DNA of 64,000 nt, taken from positions 1 to 64,000 of IMG/VR virus record IMGVR_UViG_3300025889_009691; one strand, given 5' to 3'. Position numbers and translations under genes: made by a program. The notes under the pieces were generated by a model. That model was given only the letters and a program-made list of their open reading frames with translations. It was not told where the DNA came from and made no database searches. The stretch comes from a virus. Numbering within the stretch: position 1 is the stretch's first letter; every line of letters starts with the position of its first letter. Shown one piece after another: positions 27,001 to 35,765 of this stretch.

Positions 27001-30000
27001 TGCGTTTGAAACTGCTGCTGAGGCTATGGCTGACAACCCACAGTTTGATGATATTCGTGCGGCTTTGGAGCGTTTACGGGCTGAAAGAGATCGCCGCAAC
27101 AGAAGCCGTAGTCTTGTTAATGCTAACTTGCGAGATCGTTTTGATCTTGAAACTGAAGAGGGCATGGCGGAAGCAATTCAGCATTTTTATGATCTAGCTG
27201 AGGAATATAACGCTAGAGACGCTATGACTGTAGAATTCATTCAACTTCTTAATGACGACGAAGTCGCTTTCTTCCAAGACGTATTTGATCAAGCGATTAT
27301 TCAGTTCCCTGAGGTAGCGCAGCGTGATAATGCGTTTATGAAGATTGCTGCCCGCTTAGCGGATGAACGAGATCGTCGTGACCGCCTAAACAAGGTGCCT
27401 GCCTCAGAGATTAAACCTGAAGATTATCAACGGGTCCTTGCTGAGATGGAAGCGCATATGGAGCGTTACAGGGTTGCTGGCGGCGGCATGACTCTTGACT
27501 TCTTTAATGCTATTTCTGATGATGATTTGATTAAGTATCGGCGTGCTGTCCGTGATGCTATAGATGCTAATGCGGTTCCGGCTGATGAAATCGGAAACTT
27601 GCAAGAGTTGCTGAAGCGTATGGATAACGAGTTTGATCGTCGTTTCCAAGGCCCAGGTAAGCGTCCTCGTATTGAGTCGGAAGAAAACAACATTAAGGAT
27701 AAGTTTGATCTAGACGAAAACGCTGATTTGTTTGCGGTTATTGCCGAGTTCGAGAAGCGGGCTGCAGACTTTAAGGTTTCTGGCGGCGGCATGACTCAAA
27801 ACATGTTAGAGACTTTGAGTGATGACGAACTTGACGTTTTCTTTAATGCTCATCTGCGGCTATCGGACCTTTACGCAGCTGAAGGCCGTGAGGGGTTAGA
27901 AGACCTTGAGGAACTTATTGGCCGTCTTGCGGCGGAGCGTGATCGTCGTAGACTGCAGCAGGCTGCTTTTGATCCGGGGTCCCGATCTGACCCTGATAGC
28001 CGTTCGTTGCGGAATGTAAATAATAGGTTCCCACGTAATGGTTTGCCGGGTCGTGCTTATTGGCGTGATGATGATTATAACGGTACTGATGCTGCTGAGT
28101 TGGATAGGCGTTTTGGTGGTTACTATGATGCTGATGGCAATTTGAATGATCGTGGCCGTGAGGTTAATCGTCGTCTTCGTCCTAGTGATCCTACTGATCC
28201 TAATGCTGGTGCCGGTGGTGCGCCGGAGCCGCCTGATCCGAATGATCCTGATGTTCTTGATCGGTTTAGTGATGATGAGCTTAGGGCGTTGATTGAGGCT
28301 GGCGATGATTTTCCTTTCAATCTTCAACGTATTTCTGATGATGACTTGGTTCGTCTGGATAATATTACCGGCGAGATGGCGAGAGAAAACATAAACGCTG
28401 GCAATCTGCGCAACTGGCGAGCGATCAGAGCCGAGTATAATGCTCTTGAGGATGGTACAAGAGACCCGAATCGTTTAGGTGTGAATGTTCCTGGGTCTGC
28501 GTCTAACAGGCCGCAGCGTCTGCCGGAATACAGAAATGACCCAGGCTTTAATACTCAGGGCCGGAGAGACCCTGTAAACATGCCTGAGCTTGATAATCTG
28601 ACTCCTGAGCAGATTGATAACGTGGCGGGTGCGGCTGTTCGTGAGCATCAAGAAGTTCTGCAATTGATTCTCAATGAGGTTGGTCCTCTTCAGGATGGTT
28701 GGAATGTTGCTGATCTTGAAGCGGCAGTTCGTAGGAGGATAGAGGAGGAGGACTTCCCTCAGGCCGGTGCTCGCCTACTTACGTTACGACTTCAAGCGTT
28801 CCGTGAGTTGAACCAAATGGTTGATGGTCTACGGTTTGTTCGTGAAGAAGAAAGTTTTGATGCAAATGATACTGCTGCTCGTGCGGCTCGTGATTTAGAT
28901 GTTTTGAAAGAGTATCTGCCATATCTTGCCCTAAATCGCCGTGAAGGTATTATGAATTTGCGTGATAACCCAGATGCGGCTCTTTCTCGAATTGATCCAG
29001 ACTTTGAGTTCCTTGTTGATGGTGCCCCTTCAGCTAATCGGGTAGTTGACGAACCAGAGGTTGATATTATATTTAACCGGGTTGATCCTGATTATGATGA
29101 TGCGCTTAATAGGTATGACGCTGACCCAGATCGCTTCCTTTCTGATCTTGATTTGTATTCTGCTGGAGACTTGTTAGACATGTTTGACGCTAGAGTCGGC
29201 GCTGGCGAAGTCGTTGATCCTAGCTTAAGAGCAGCATTAAAAGCCAGATATGCTGATTTGTTAAATATTAACGACGGCGATGTGGATGATCTGGCACGAC
29301 GCATGGCGAACATGGATGATGCGATGCTGGATGATATGAGTCCTCGTGATCGTGCACTCCGGCAAGCCCGTTTGCGTGCAGGCAATGCGGGCCGTCCTCC
29401 GTCTAGAGCGGCTGCAGAGCAGGCTGACCGGTTGCGTGCTGCTGATCAGCGTCGTGCTGATGCTGACAGAGGCGGCATTCCTTCAGGGGGTCCTTTCGAG
29501 TTTACGGAAGGAATGACTAGCCGTGAGCGGTTTGATGCTGTTATTGATGCAGCAGATGCTGATCCTGCGGGCGTGAGATTACAGGGGTACTTAGAAAATA
29601 TGTCTCCTGAAGAGTTTGGGCGTTTCGAACGTGAGTATGGTTCGTTATTGGCTTTTGCGGCTCAGCGTGACGCTAATGGCCTTTCTGAAGATGATGTTCA
29701 ACGGTATTTTGACTACTTAAGTGACGCTATGGACCGTGAGCGTGCTAGGCGTGGAAACATTAACCGTTTCCAGTTGGACAGAGATTTGCAGGATCGTTCC
29801 GATGAAGCTTTGGAAGCACACATAGAGCACTTACAAAACAGCAAAGCTTGGGGTCTTGACACGCTGGGTAGAGATGTTGATGAATTAGATGCTTTGATTA
29901 ATAGACTTCAGAGTGAGGTAGAAGCTAGAAGACTTAGGAACCTGGGTAGTGTTACTCCTGACCTTGTGGATCAGCCTCGGCAGGGCGATGCCGCTGTAAG

Positions 30001-33000
30001 GGTGAGACTTAGAGACGCAATGTTTGAAGATAATATGAATGCTGATAAGATACCCGGTGCGAAAGCTATGCTGAGAAACGAACTTATGCTGGCAGAAGCT
30101 TCAACTAATGAAATGTTGCGGTATAGAGAACGCATTCTAAACAGCACGAATCTTTCTGACAGTCAGAAAGATGATCTGATGCGATCTTGGAACCGTGCAA
30201 TGCGGATCAGAGGAGATAGAAGTTTTGAAAGAAACCTTCCTCTGAATGAAAGGTCAGTTGAGGCTATTGATCGTCATTTAGAGTATGTTCAAGAACGTCT
30301 TGACAACATGGACCCAAACATCATAGACGAAAATGGTCTTCTTACTTTACGTGAGGAGCTTCTTGATGGTCGTGCGGTTGCGTCGGCTCGGGCGAATCTT
30401 GGAGACGCTGTTGATAACAAGCCGCAGTTGTCTGATAGATGGCGTAAGGTGGGTAGATGGAACTTCCTCAAAGCTAGACGGCAGCGTCAGCAGAAGCGTG
30501 AGCAGAAGATTAAAGACATTGCTGAGCGTCGTTATGGTGATAGGGAAACGCAGCCGTGGGATATTGGCGGGCGTGATGGCCTGAGTGCGATGACTGATGC
30601 GCAAGTTGAATCACGAATCAGAGATGCGTTCTTGTTGGATACGGATCAGCCGGTTCAGGTTGGGTCTGTAGAGATTAATGGTAAGACGTACACGAAGCAG
30701 ATTATTCCCACGACTGATGGCCGTGGCGATGGTGTTTTCATTTCTCGTGACGGCCCTCGTGGAGATATTCTGCAGATTGATGTTCAGTCTAGTATGAAAT
30801 TCCAACTATTAGATTCTGATGGTAATGTTGTTGCTGAAGAAACTTATTCCGAAAACGATGGAGGGTTCCGGCTAGGCAGAATGTCTCGTACCATCACTTG
30901 GGATGCGCAAGGTGACGGTAAGGTTAAGCATAATTTGTTAGGTACGAGCCGTGTTATACAGTTTGAGGGACAAGACATTTCGTTTGCCGGTGGCGGTTTC
31001 ACTGAAGAGATGTTTAACAACAACTTGTTGTTCTATAGAAATATGGGTGTTAGCAAAGTTAAGGTTGGTGCTGTTGATGATGGCCGGGTTGTTTGGCCTC
31101 GCATTGGGTTTAGAGATGATAATCCTAACCATATTAGGAACCTTAACGAGGGTATGGTTGAGGTTTTGAAAGATTACAATGGCTATAAAGAAGCGAAACG
31201 TACAGGTATTGAACCTACGTTGAAGCAGCGTGCCGCAAAGGCTCTTATTCAGGATGATGTGAGGGCTGAACGTATTGAGGCTATGGTTGAGCCTTTATTG
31301 AACGTTGATGACCCAGTACGGGTGCTGGCTTCCATGGATGCTAGAGAAATTAATGAACTGCCAGACATGCATGATTTCATGTTGGCGTTGGAAGGCGAGG
31401 GTATTAGAAACTCTGTTGCGTTCCAGATGTTTAGAGGCGGTGGAGTTTACATCGGTAGAAACGTCGGTGACGACCCCGCTAACAATATTGGTGCTTTAGA
31501 TGGAGATATGGTTGATCAGTTGCTTGCTGATGACCCTGAGCTAGCAGGTTTGACGCTTCCCAACCCGTTTAGGGGCACCACGTTCAGTGACGGTACTTGG
31601 GATATTACAGATATTTTGAGTGATGCTGACGGCGATCCACGTCAGGTAACACCTGATTTGATTGATCCTTATGATCGTCCTCCAGAGCCGTCGATTCCTT
31701 CGATTCCTTCGGTACCTTCAGGACCTACTCCTCCTCCTCGTCAGAGCGACGCCAGACCGAATCAGAAATTAGACCCGAACTTTGATAGGGGCGAGCAGCG
31801 TCCGCTTCCAGCGGTTCCTGTGGGGGCGAATGGTATTGAGTCTGTTGATCAAGGTGCTGAGTGGATGAGAGATGGTAATAATGATGTTTCTGGTGTTCCT
31901 GATGAGTTCCTTAATCCTGTGGTTCTGGCGGTGTCTGATATTGGAGAAGACCGTTTAGGTCAGTATTCAAATGAGATGCTTGAAGAGTTGGTTGAAGAGT
32001 CTTTGGATGATTTGCCTTTTGATGTTACTCGTTTGTCTGATAATGACTTACAGCGGCTTGTGGGAGTAGTTGATCGTTTGTACGGTCAGAACGGTTCAGG
32101 GTATAGACATGGGCAAGCGATTCGTGATGAACAAAACCGTGTCTTGCGACGTGACGACCGTGAACCAAATGCAAGGTTTGAAATGTTGGTTCCTGGGATG
32201 GGCATGGATGACGGTGGGGGTGTCAATAACAGAGGTAATGCAATAAATGGTGCGCAGCTTATAGTAGATACTGCTACTGGTCAGATATTTATGATTAAGT
32301 TTAATGATGGGCGTTCATATGGTCGTGACGAAGACGGTAACGAACTAGTTGGCCGTGCGTTGATGATTCGTCTGGGCTTTGTTCAAGGGCAGATGAGGTT
32401 AGATGGGCCTGCAAATCCAAACGCTGCTAACCGAGACCCGTGGGATGATCCTGCTATTAACCCCGCTCGTGGCTTGATGGGTGAGGCTTTGCAGAATTAC
32501 CTTCCTGAAGGCGCTACCGATATTATGATAGGTAGACGGAACCCGGGACAGTATGATTTCTCTAATGAGAACACTCTAGACGATGCAACTCACATGATGC
32601 TGGGTGACGCTTTGTTGTTTAACAGTGATAGGCATGGTAGCAACTGGCTTCAGTACACGGATCGTGACGGAAATGTTAGACTTGTTCCTATTGACATGGG
32701 CCTGACTTTGGGTGGCCGTGACGGAGAAGATGGGACTGATAATGACTTCTTTGGGGTTGAGTACCGTGATCCACGGACGGGTGACCTCGTAAGACTTAGC
32801 CCTGAAGAACAATTTGCTGCTCGTGCCGCTAATAGCAGAGGTCCCCGTTTAAGTGGCGATCTTTATAGTCAACTTGCAGCTGCTTCAGCATCTGATCGGG
32901 CCGCTGTTGCGGCATCGTTTGATCGTGCCCTTGAAAGATTGCGGGCGGCTCAGAGTGCGGAAGATATGGAAAAGGTAATTGGCGATATTGTTGGTGCGCA

Positions 33001-33163
33001 CGGTAACCTTGATAGCGATGGGTGGAAGCGATCTCAGGAGATGTTCTTAGAACGGTACGGCTGGTTAATGGAAACAGATTATACCGGAGAAGAACTTATG
33101 GACCTAGTTTTGTTTGGCAATTACAGAGGTATGCCTCAACGCCAGAGTAACGTTGGACTTTAG
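24008..33163 (+). CDS. giant 3051-aa multidomain protein, putative virion internal/effector protein with GNAT-like and C-terminal HipA/PI3-PI4-kinase-like domains
   Basis: Uninterrupted ORF inside the head module; FMIK...E...GDALLFNSDRHGSNWL...LVPIDMG kinase motifs; GGGF...FYRNMGV...VWPRIGF GNAT-like motif. Confidence 0.75.
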   Translation: MTIEFKAPEIGPNADALTSLTRGRGPRRGNLEDLLKYWRPIMKKPGGFRRCVVILMDKPQFGGKPQRICAWLHHELTGKWPNEGKGKRGRGKGKRKRRGRSVTRRVRSAGKKSLTGISPLTEVTSLRMTIRESREFGGILVQPIAGRKNAVEMKAAMFLQHSERLPLFAGNEVKRVGVFGSSSRLGQAAQAAGSIILPGDLSDIRSPIRSQIYETLTPGVPNIPNARGGRILRSRGRGARNKFRCPPGFEKGGTFTNSEFSTCGAQILGIATSGPGSPTPEANNRLSRLANTAGLVNEIGDLRNNDSAVDIIRAAQIPAAPKKGSPTRAETSIDLVLTRYEQEDFPTKVVRRDGVILEPVVSVEALGKLNEFDDMADGSLIERYEAGQIGASTVPAFSTNLRNVFVSIPDAGAVKISRVGGEISDAERAGLLRSFATGISRSADLPDPSAAVRAWADGSDGRFTVEFGEVTETGFAIAEGKNDLIKVSTAGGKTETVPRWVYETFLSRSAPRRAKDAPIYEIVAEEGAEEKSGSPFAFSQKSAPVATDFTDVLDAKYYHMSVNSKIEAFTSLTEIDFKAPRGRGLGRRIGRGGRAVGGRSRAVFDGNLGRYRCPPGTRYGGRFSNQFASNCGYSLPRQIVNNLVDLGTRLEDAMERRRRRRLDTSPGDGRSNLKPETAEKLDDAIRTLDAATGDLGRVFEKTEGVEGGKLGRTLGEAQRDVDLTPEERQLLEGEALEAALKNLRDVMNDQDLANANLDEIRKAYKAVEKAANTEAGRLSDNPPRTPEQRSRQDGILGFLRELILRFLGLWNEDFERERAGRRDRDVVPGDEGVPGGPGGGGPRRPRAPGVPGDGPDSRAPDGRTPDGRTPDPDDIPEALQPKPVGEMTDGELVREFFRLRHGSPGLLIPGQRDEEMDRRRLREINAELRRRNIDPYNPQTITYTPADDADDPEKIMDEFARILQEFRERAEEYRVSGGGRTLDFVESLDDDDLDKYINAFETAAEAMADNPQFDDIRAALERLRAERDRRNRSRSLVNANLRDRFDLETEEGMAEAIQHFYDLAEEYNARDAMTVEFIQLLNDDEVAFFQDVFDQAIIQFPEVAQRDNAFMKIAARLADERDRRDRLNKVPASEIKPEDYQRVLAEMEAHMERYRVAGGGMTLDFFNAISDDDLIKYRRAVRDAIDANAVPADEIGNLQELLKRMDNEFDRRFQGPGKRPRIESEENNIKDKFDLDENADLFAVIAEFEKRAADFKVSGGGMTQNMLETLSDDELDVFFNAHLRLSDLYAAEGREGLEDLEELIGRLAAERDRRRLQQAAFDPGSRSDPDSRSLRNVNNRFPRNGLPGRAYWRDDDYNGTDAAELDRRFGGYYDADGNLNDRGREVNRRLRPSDPTDPNAGAGGAPEPPDPNDPDVLDRFSDDELRALIEAGDDFPFNLQRISDDDLVRLDNITGEMARENINAGNLRNWRAIRAEYNALEDGTRDPNRLGVNVPGSASNRPQRLPEYRNDPGFNTQGRRDPVNMPELDNLTPEQIDNVAGAAVREHQEVLQLILNEVGPLQDGWNVADLEAAVRRRIEEEDFPQAGARLLTLRLQAFRELNQMVDGLRFVREEESFDANDTAARAARDLDVLKEYLPYLALNRREGIMNLRDNPDAALSRIDPDFEFLVDGAPSANRVVDEPEVDIIFNRVDPDYDDALNRYDADPDRFLSDLDLYSAGDLLDMFDARVGAGEVVDPSLRAALKARYADLLNINDGDVDDLARRMANMDDAMLDDMSPRDRALRQARLRAGNAGRPPSRAAAEQADRLRAADQRRADADRGGIPSGGPFEFTEGMTSRERFDAVIDAADADPAGVRLQGYLENMSPEEFGRFEREYGSLLAFAAQRDANGLSEDDVQRYFDYLSDAMDRERARRGNINRFQLDRDLQDRSDEALEAHIEHLQNSKAWGLDTLGRDVDELDALINRLQSEVEARRLRNLGSVTPDLVDQPRQGDAAVRVRLRDAMFEDNMNADKIPGAKAMLRNELMLAEASTNEMLRYRERILNSTNLSDSQKDDLMRSWNRAMRIRGDRSFERNLPLNERSVEAIDRHLEYVQERLDNMDPNIIDENGLLTLREELLDGRAVASARANLGDAVDNKPQLSDRWRKVGRWNFLKARRQRQQKREQKIKDIAERRYGDRETQPWDIGGRDGLSAMTDAQVESRIRDAFLLDTDQPVQVGSVEINGKTYTKQIIPTTDGRGDGVFISRDGPRGDILQIDVQSSMKFQLLDSDGNVVAEETYSENDGGFRLGRMSRTITWDAQGDGKVKHNLLGTSRVIQFEGQDISFAGGGFTEEMFNNNLLFYRNMGVSKVKVGAVDDGRVVWPRIGFRDDNPNHIRNLNEGMVEVLKDYNGYKEAKRTGIEPTLKQRAAKALIQDDVRAERIEAMVEPLLNVDDPVRVLASMDAREINELPDMHDFMLALEGEGIRNSVAFQMFRGGGVYIGRNVGDDPANNIGALDGDMVDQLLADDPELAGLTLPNPFRGTTFSDGTWDITDILSDADGDPRQVTPDLIDPYDRPPEPSIPSIPSVPSGPTPPPRQSDARPNQKLDPNFDRGEQRPLPAVPVGANGIESVDQGAEWMRDGNNDVSGVPDEFLNPVVLAVSDIGEDRLGQYSNEMLEELVEESLDDLPFDVTRLSDNDLQRLVGVVDRLYGQNGSGYRHGQAIRDEQNRVLRRDDREPNARFEMLVPGMGMDDGGGVNNRGNAINGAQLIVDTATGQIFMIKFNDGRSYGRDEDGNELVGRALMIRLGFVQGQMRLDGPANPNAANRDPWDDPAINPARGLMGEALQNYLPEGATDIMIGRRNPGQYDFSNENTLDDATHMMLGDALLFNSDRHGSNWLQYTDRDGNVRLVPIDMGLTLGGRDGEDGTDNDFFGVEYRDPRTGDLVRLSPEEQFAARAANSRGPRLSGDLYSQLAAASASDRAAVAASFDRALERLRAAQSAEDMEKVIGDIVGAHGNLDSDGWKRSQEMFLERYGWLMETDYTGEELMDLVLFGNYRGMPQRQSNVGL

Positions 33164-33219
33164 CGTTTGTTGAGTACAGAAGTTTTGCTATTTTCAGAAG
33201 ATTAAGGTAGACTAACAAC

Positions 33220-33456
33220 ATGAAAAAATTTGGATTTTATGACTTAGACAACACTCTTGAAGGGACTGTTACTGAAACACCTGACGGCCTTGTTGCGGAA
33301 AATGTAGATAACCCGAAGTTTAAAGAGTTTATAGATTTTTTAATTGAATCTGATGGCGGGCAAGCTAGGACTGTAAGACAACTCACACGATCAGGGTTCT
33401 CATACACAAGTATTAGAGAAATTCGAGATAAGCCTAAAGGTGGTGCAGCAACATGA
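33220..33456 (+). CDS. small protein after the giant ORF, putative immunity/partner
   Basis: Own promoter TTGCTA-17-TAGACT with leaderless ATG. Confidence 0.6.
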   Translation: MKKFGFYDLDNTLEGTVTETPDGLVAENVDNPKFKEFIDFLIESDGGQARTVRQLTRSGFSYTSIREIRDKPKGGAAT

Positions 33457-34070
33457 TTAAACACTACATTTTAACGAAAAACGCTACGATGCTGCTTACC
33501 GTTTCTAGTCTTAACTCTGTAGAGTTTTTTGTTAAGCGTGGCTTTGAAGAAGAGGCAGCCGAACTTGAACTAGAGATGAGTATTCGGGCTACCCGTGAGC
33601 CTGATACTGACATGTATACGCCCACAAGAATTAAGCGACGTTTTCCAGATGCTATTGAAGTAGATTCAGCTAAGTTTGAAGATGCTCGCAAAAAAGTTGA
33701 GCAGTTTAACGCTGATTATGATGATAATGTTGCTGAGCTTGAAGCTATGTCTTTAGAAGACTTAAAAACTTATATCTCCACGGCTCCTGCTAGAATGCCG
33801 AAACTAGTGAACTATAAGCAACTTAACGAGTTGTGGCAGGTGTTGTATGCTAGTAGTGAATCAGGGTTTATGGCTATTGATGAAGAGGACAGAGAAGACG
33901 AAGAAGTTAGAGAAGATATTCATGCGTTGTATACGTTGTTGAAAGATGCTGAGATTACTAACGACAACTCTTCGATTAAAGAAGTTTTGAAATTAGCGAA
34001 GTTTGTTTCTCCTGATGCTATAGGTGTTACTTTTGAGGCAATTGAGCCGGAGGCTGAGGCTGATGGCTAA
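33453..34070 (+). CDS. acidic hypothetical protein
   Basis: 205-aa ORF coupled to the previous gene. Confidence 0.7.
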   Translation: MIKHYILTKNATMLLTVSSLNSVEFFVKRGFEEEAAELELEMSIRATREPDTDMYTPTRIKRRFPDAIEVDSAKFEDARKKVEQFNADYDDNVAELEAMSLEDLKTYISTAPARMPKLVNYKQLNELWQVLYASSESGFMAIDEEDREDEEVREDIHALYTLLKDAEITNDNSSIKEVLKLAKFVSPDAIGVTFEAIEPEAEADG

Positions 34071-35577
34071 GGACCCTTTAGAAGGACAGACAGTACCCAC
34101 GAAAGAAATGGCGGAAAACCTATCCGACATTTTAGGCTGTACGGGTGCTCACAAAGTCGGTGATGACGCTTGGGGTCCTTGCGAGTCCGCTGAAGATTTG
34201 CAGCAGCTTATCAAGCTAGGTAATCCTGCTTTTCGTGAATGGAAAGAACGGCAGGGAAAGAAAACTGGCAGTAAAGAAATGCTGCGGTTGAAAGCCGCTA
34301 AAGGAAAGAGCGTGTTTTCTTCTCGGGCTGAAGCGGAGCAGGCTGCTGTCAAGTTAGGTTGTTTTGGGGCGCATCAAACTGCTCAAGGCAAGTGGGCACC
34401 TTGTGCTACACCTGAAGAGCGTAATGCTGCCCAAGGTAACGGCGGCAATGGGTCTGCGAGAGTTATTCGTGCTCAGCGGCCTGCCCGCAGAACTGTAACT
34501 AATGAGCGTAGGTGGGAGAATCTGCGTGAGCGTGGCCCACGTGGTATTGAAACTCTTCCCGGTGGCGGGCTTGTTTCTGGCAAGGCAGGTGTTTCGGATT
34601 CTTTTAAGCCGACTGCTGGTATGGTGTCGGAGGCTAAGAAGGGTTTGGAGTGGCGTAAAGAGTTTGGTCGTGGCGGCACTATGGTTGGTGTTGCTCGTGC
34701 TCGTGATATTGCGAACGGGAAGAACTTGCCGTATCGTACTGTGAAGCGGGTTAAGGCTTATTTTGATCGTCATCAGAGCGATTCAAAAGCTGGGGGTTAC
34801 CGTCCGGGCGAGAAGGGGTTTCCTTCTAATGGGCGCATTGCTTGGGCTTTGTGGGGTGGCGATGCCGGTTATACTTGGGCGAAGGCTATTGTTCGTCGTG
34901 TAGAGGGCGGCGAGAAGACGACGTTTGACACTATTGAGGAAAAGCGGTTCTATACGCAGAAGCGTCGGGAAGAGTACGCTAAGCGGGGTTGGGCGCTTCC
35001 TGACGGGTCGTATCCGATTAGAGATGTTGGTGATTTGCGGAACGCTATCCAAGCTTACGGTTTAGGTAAAGATAGAGAGGCCGCTAAGCGTCACATTATG
35101 AAACGTGCCCGTGCTTTGGGTAGGACTGAGTTGATTCCAGATAATTGGAAAGTTCGTGAGAAGGCTGCTAGAAAGTATGGGCCGAATGATCCGAAGACTC
35201 CTGCTAAACCGTCTGAACGTATTAGCGGTTCACGTCGAAACAAGCCGGGTACTGCTGCAAATACTCGTGGGGGGATTAAACTTTCGGCTGCGGTTGAAAA
35301 GTCTTTGAAAGAAAAGGTTAAGACTCACAACGAGAAGATGACGAAACGGAATAAAGATAGCCGTAAAGTTACGCTCGGCATGTTAAAAGCTGTGTGGCGA
35401 AGAGGCGCTGGAGCGTTTTCGCAGACTCATCGCCCGAAGATGGGGCGGCAGCAATGGGCTATGGGCCGTGTCAATGCGTTTCTTAAGTTAACGTCTAGCG
35501 GAAAACCATCAAATCCGAAGTATACAACCGACAACGACTTGCTTCCTAAAGGTCATCCACGGTCTACTCGCAAGTAG
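34063..35577 (+). CDS. basic multidomain head-module protein
   Basis: Two GCxGAH...W.PC modules, AWALWGGDAG domain, ALPDGSYPI domain, WAMGRVNAFL domain. Confidence 0.72.
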   Translation: MAKDPLEGQTVPTKEMAENLSDILGCTGAHKVGDDAWGPCESAEDLQQLIKLGNPAFREWKERQGKKTGSKEMLRLKAAKGKSVFSSRAEAEQAAVKLGCFGAHQTAQGKWAPCATPEERNAAQGNGGNGSARVIRAQRPARRTVTNERRWENLRERGPRGIETLPGGGLVSGKAGVSDSFKPTAGMVSEAKKGLEWRKEFGRGGTMVGVARARDIANGKNLPYRTVKRVKAYFDRHQSDSKAGGYRPGEKGFPSNGRIAWALWGGDAGYTWAKAIVRRVEGGEKTTFDTIEEKRFYTQKRREEYAKRGWALPDGSYPIRDVGDLRNAIQAYGLGKDREAAKRHIMKRARALGRTELIPDNWKVREKAARKYGPNDPKTPAKPSERISGSRRNKPGTAANTRGGIKLSAAVEKSLKEKVKTHNEKMTKRNKDSRKVTLGMLKAVWRRGAGAFSQTHRPKMGRQQWAMGRVNAFLKLTSSGKPSNPKYTTDNDLLPKGHPRSTRK

Positions 35578-35765
35578 TATCGCTGGATTAAGGTTTGCGA
35601 TATACATTAGAATAGTACTGTTGCTTGCCGCAAGAGAATCTTGGGAAAGTTCCCGTGAACCCCTTTACGTAGGTGATAGCATAATACTTGACTGGTGTCA
35701 CCAGATTGTTGGGTCGCCTGTCATTAAAGTAAACATGTTAAACTCAAACCTTAAGGAGACTAAAC

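Noticed and set aside
24171-35052. Many antisense and alternate-frame ORFs in the ORF track (also within the tape measure and fibre genes)
   Set aside because: They overlap well-supported genes, lack RBS or motifs, and are explained by codon skew reducing stop codons in other frames.
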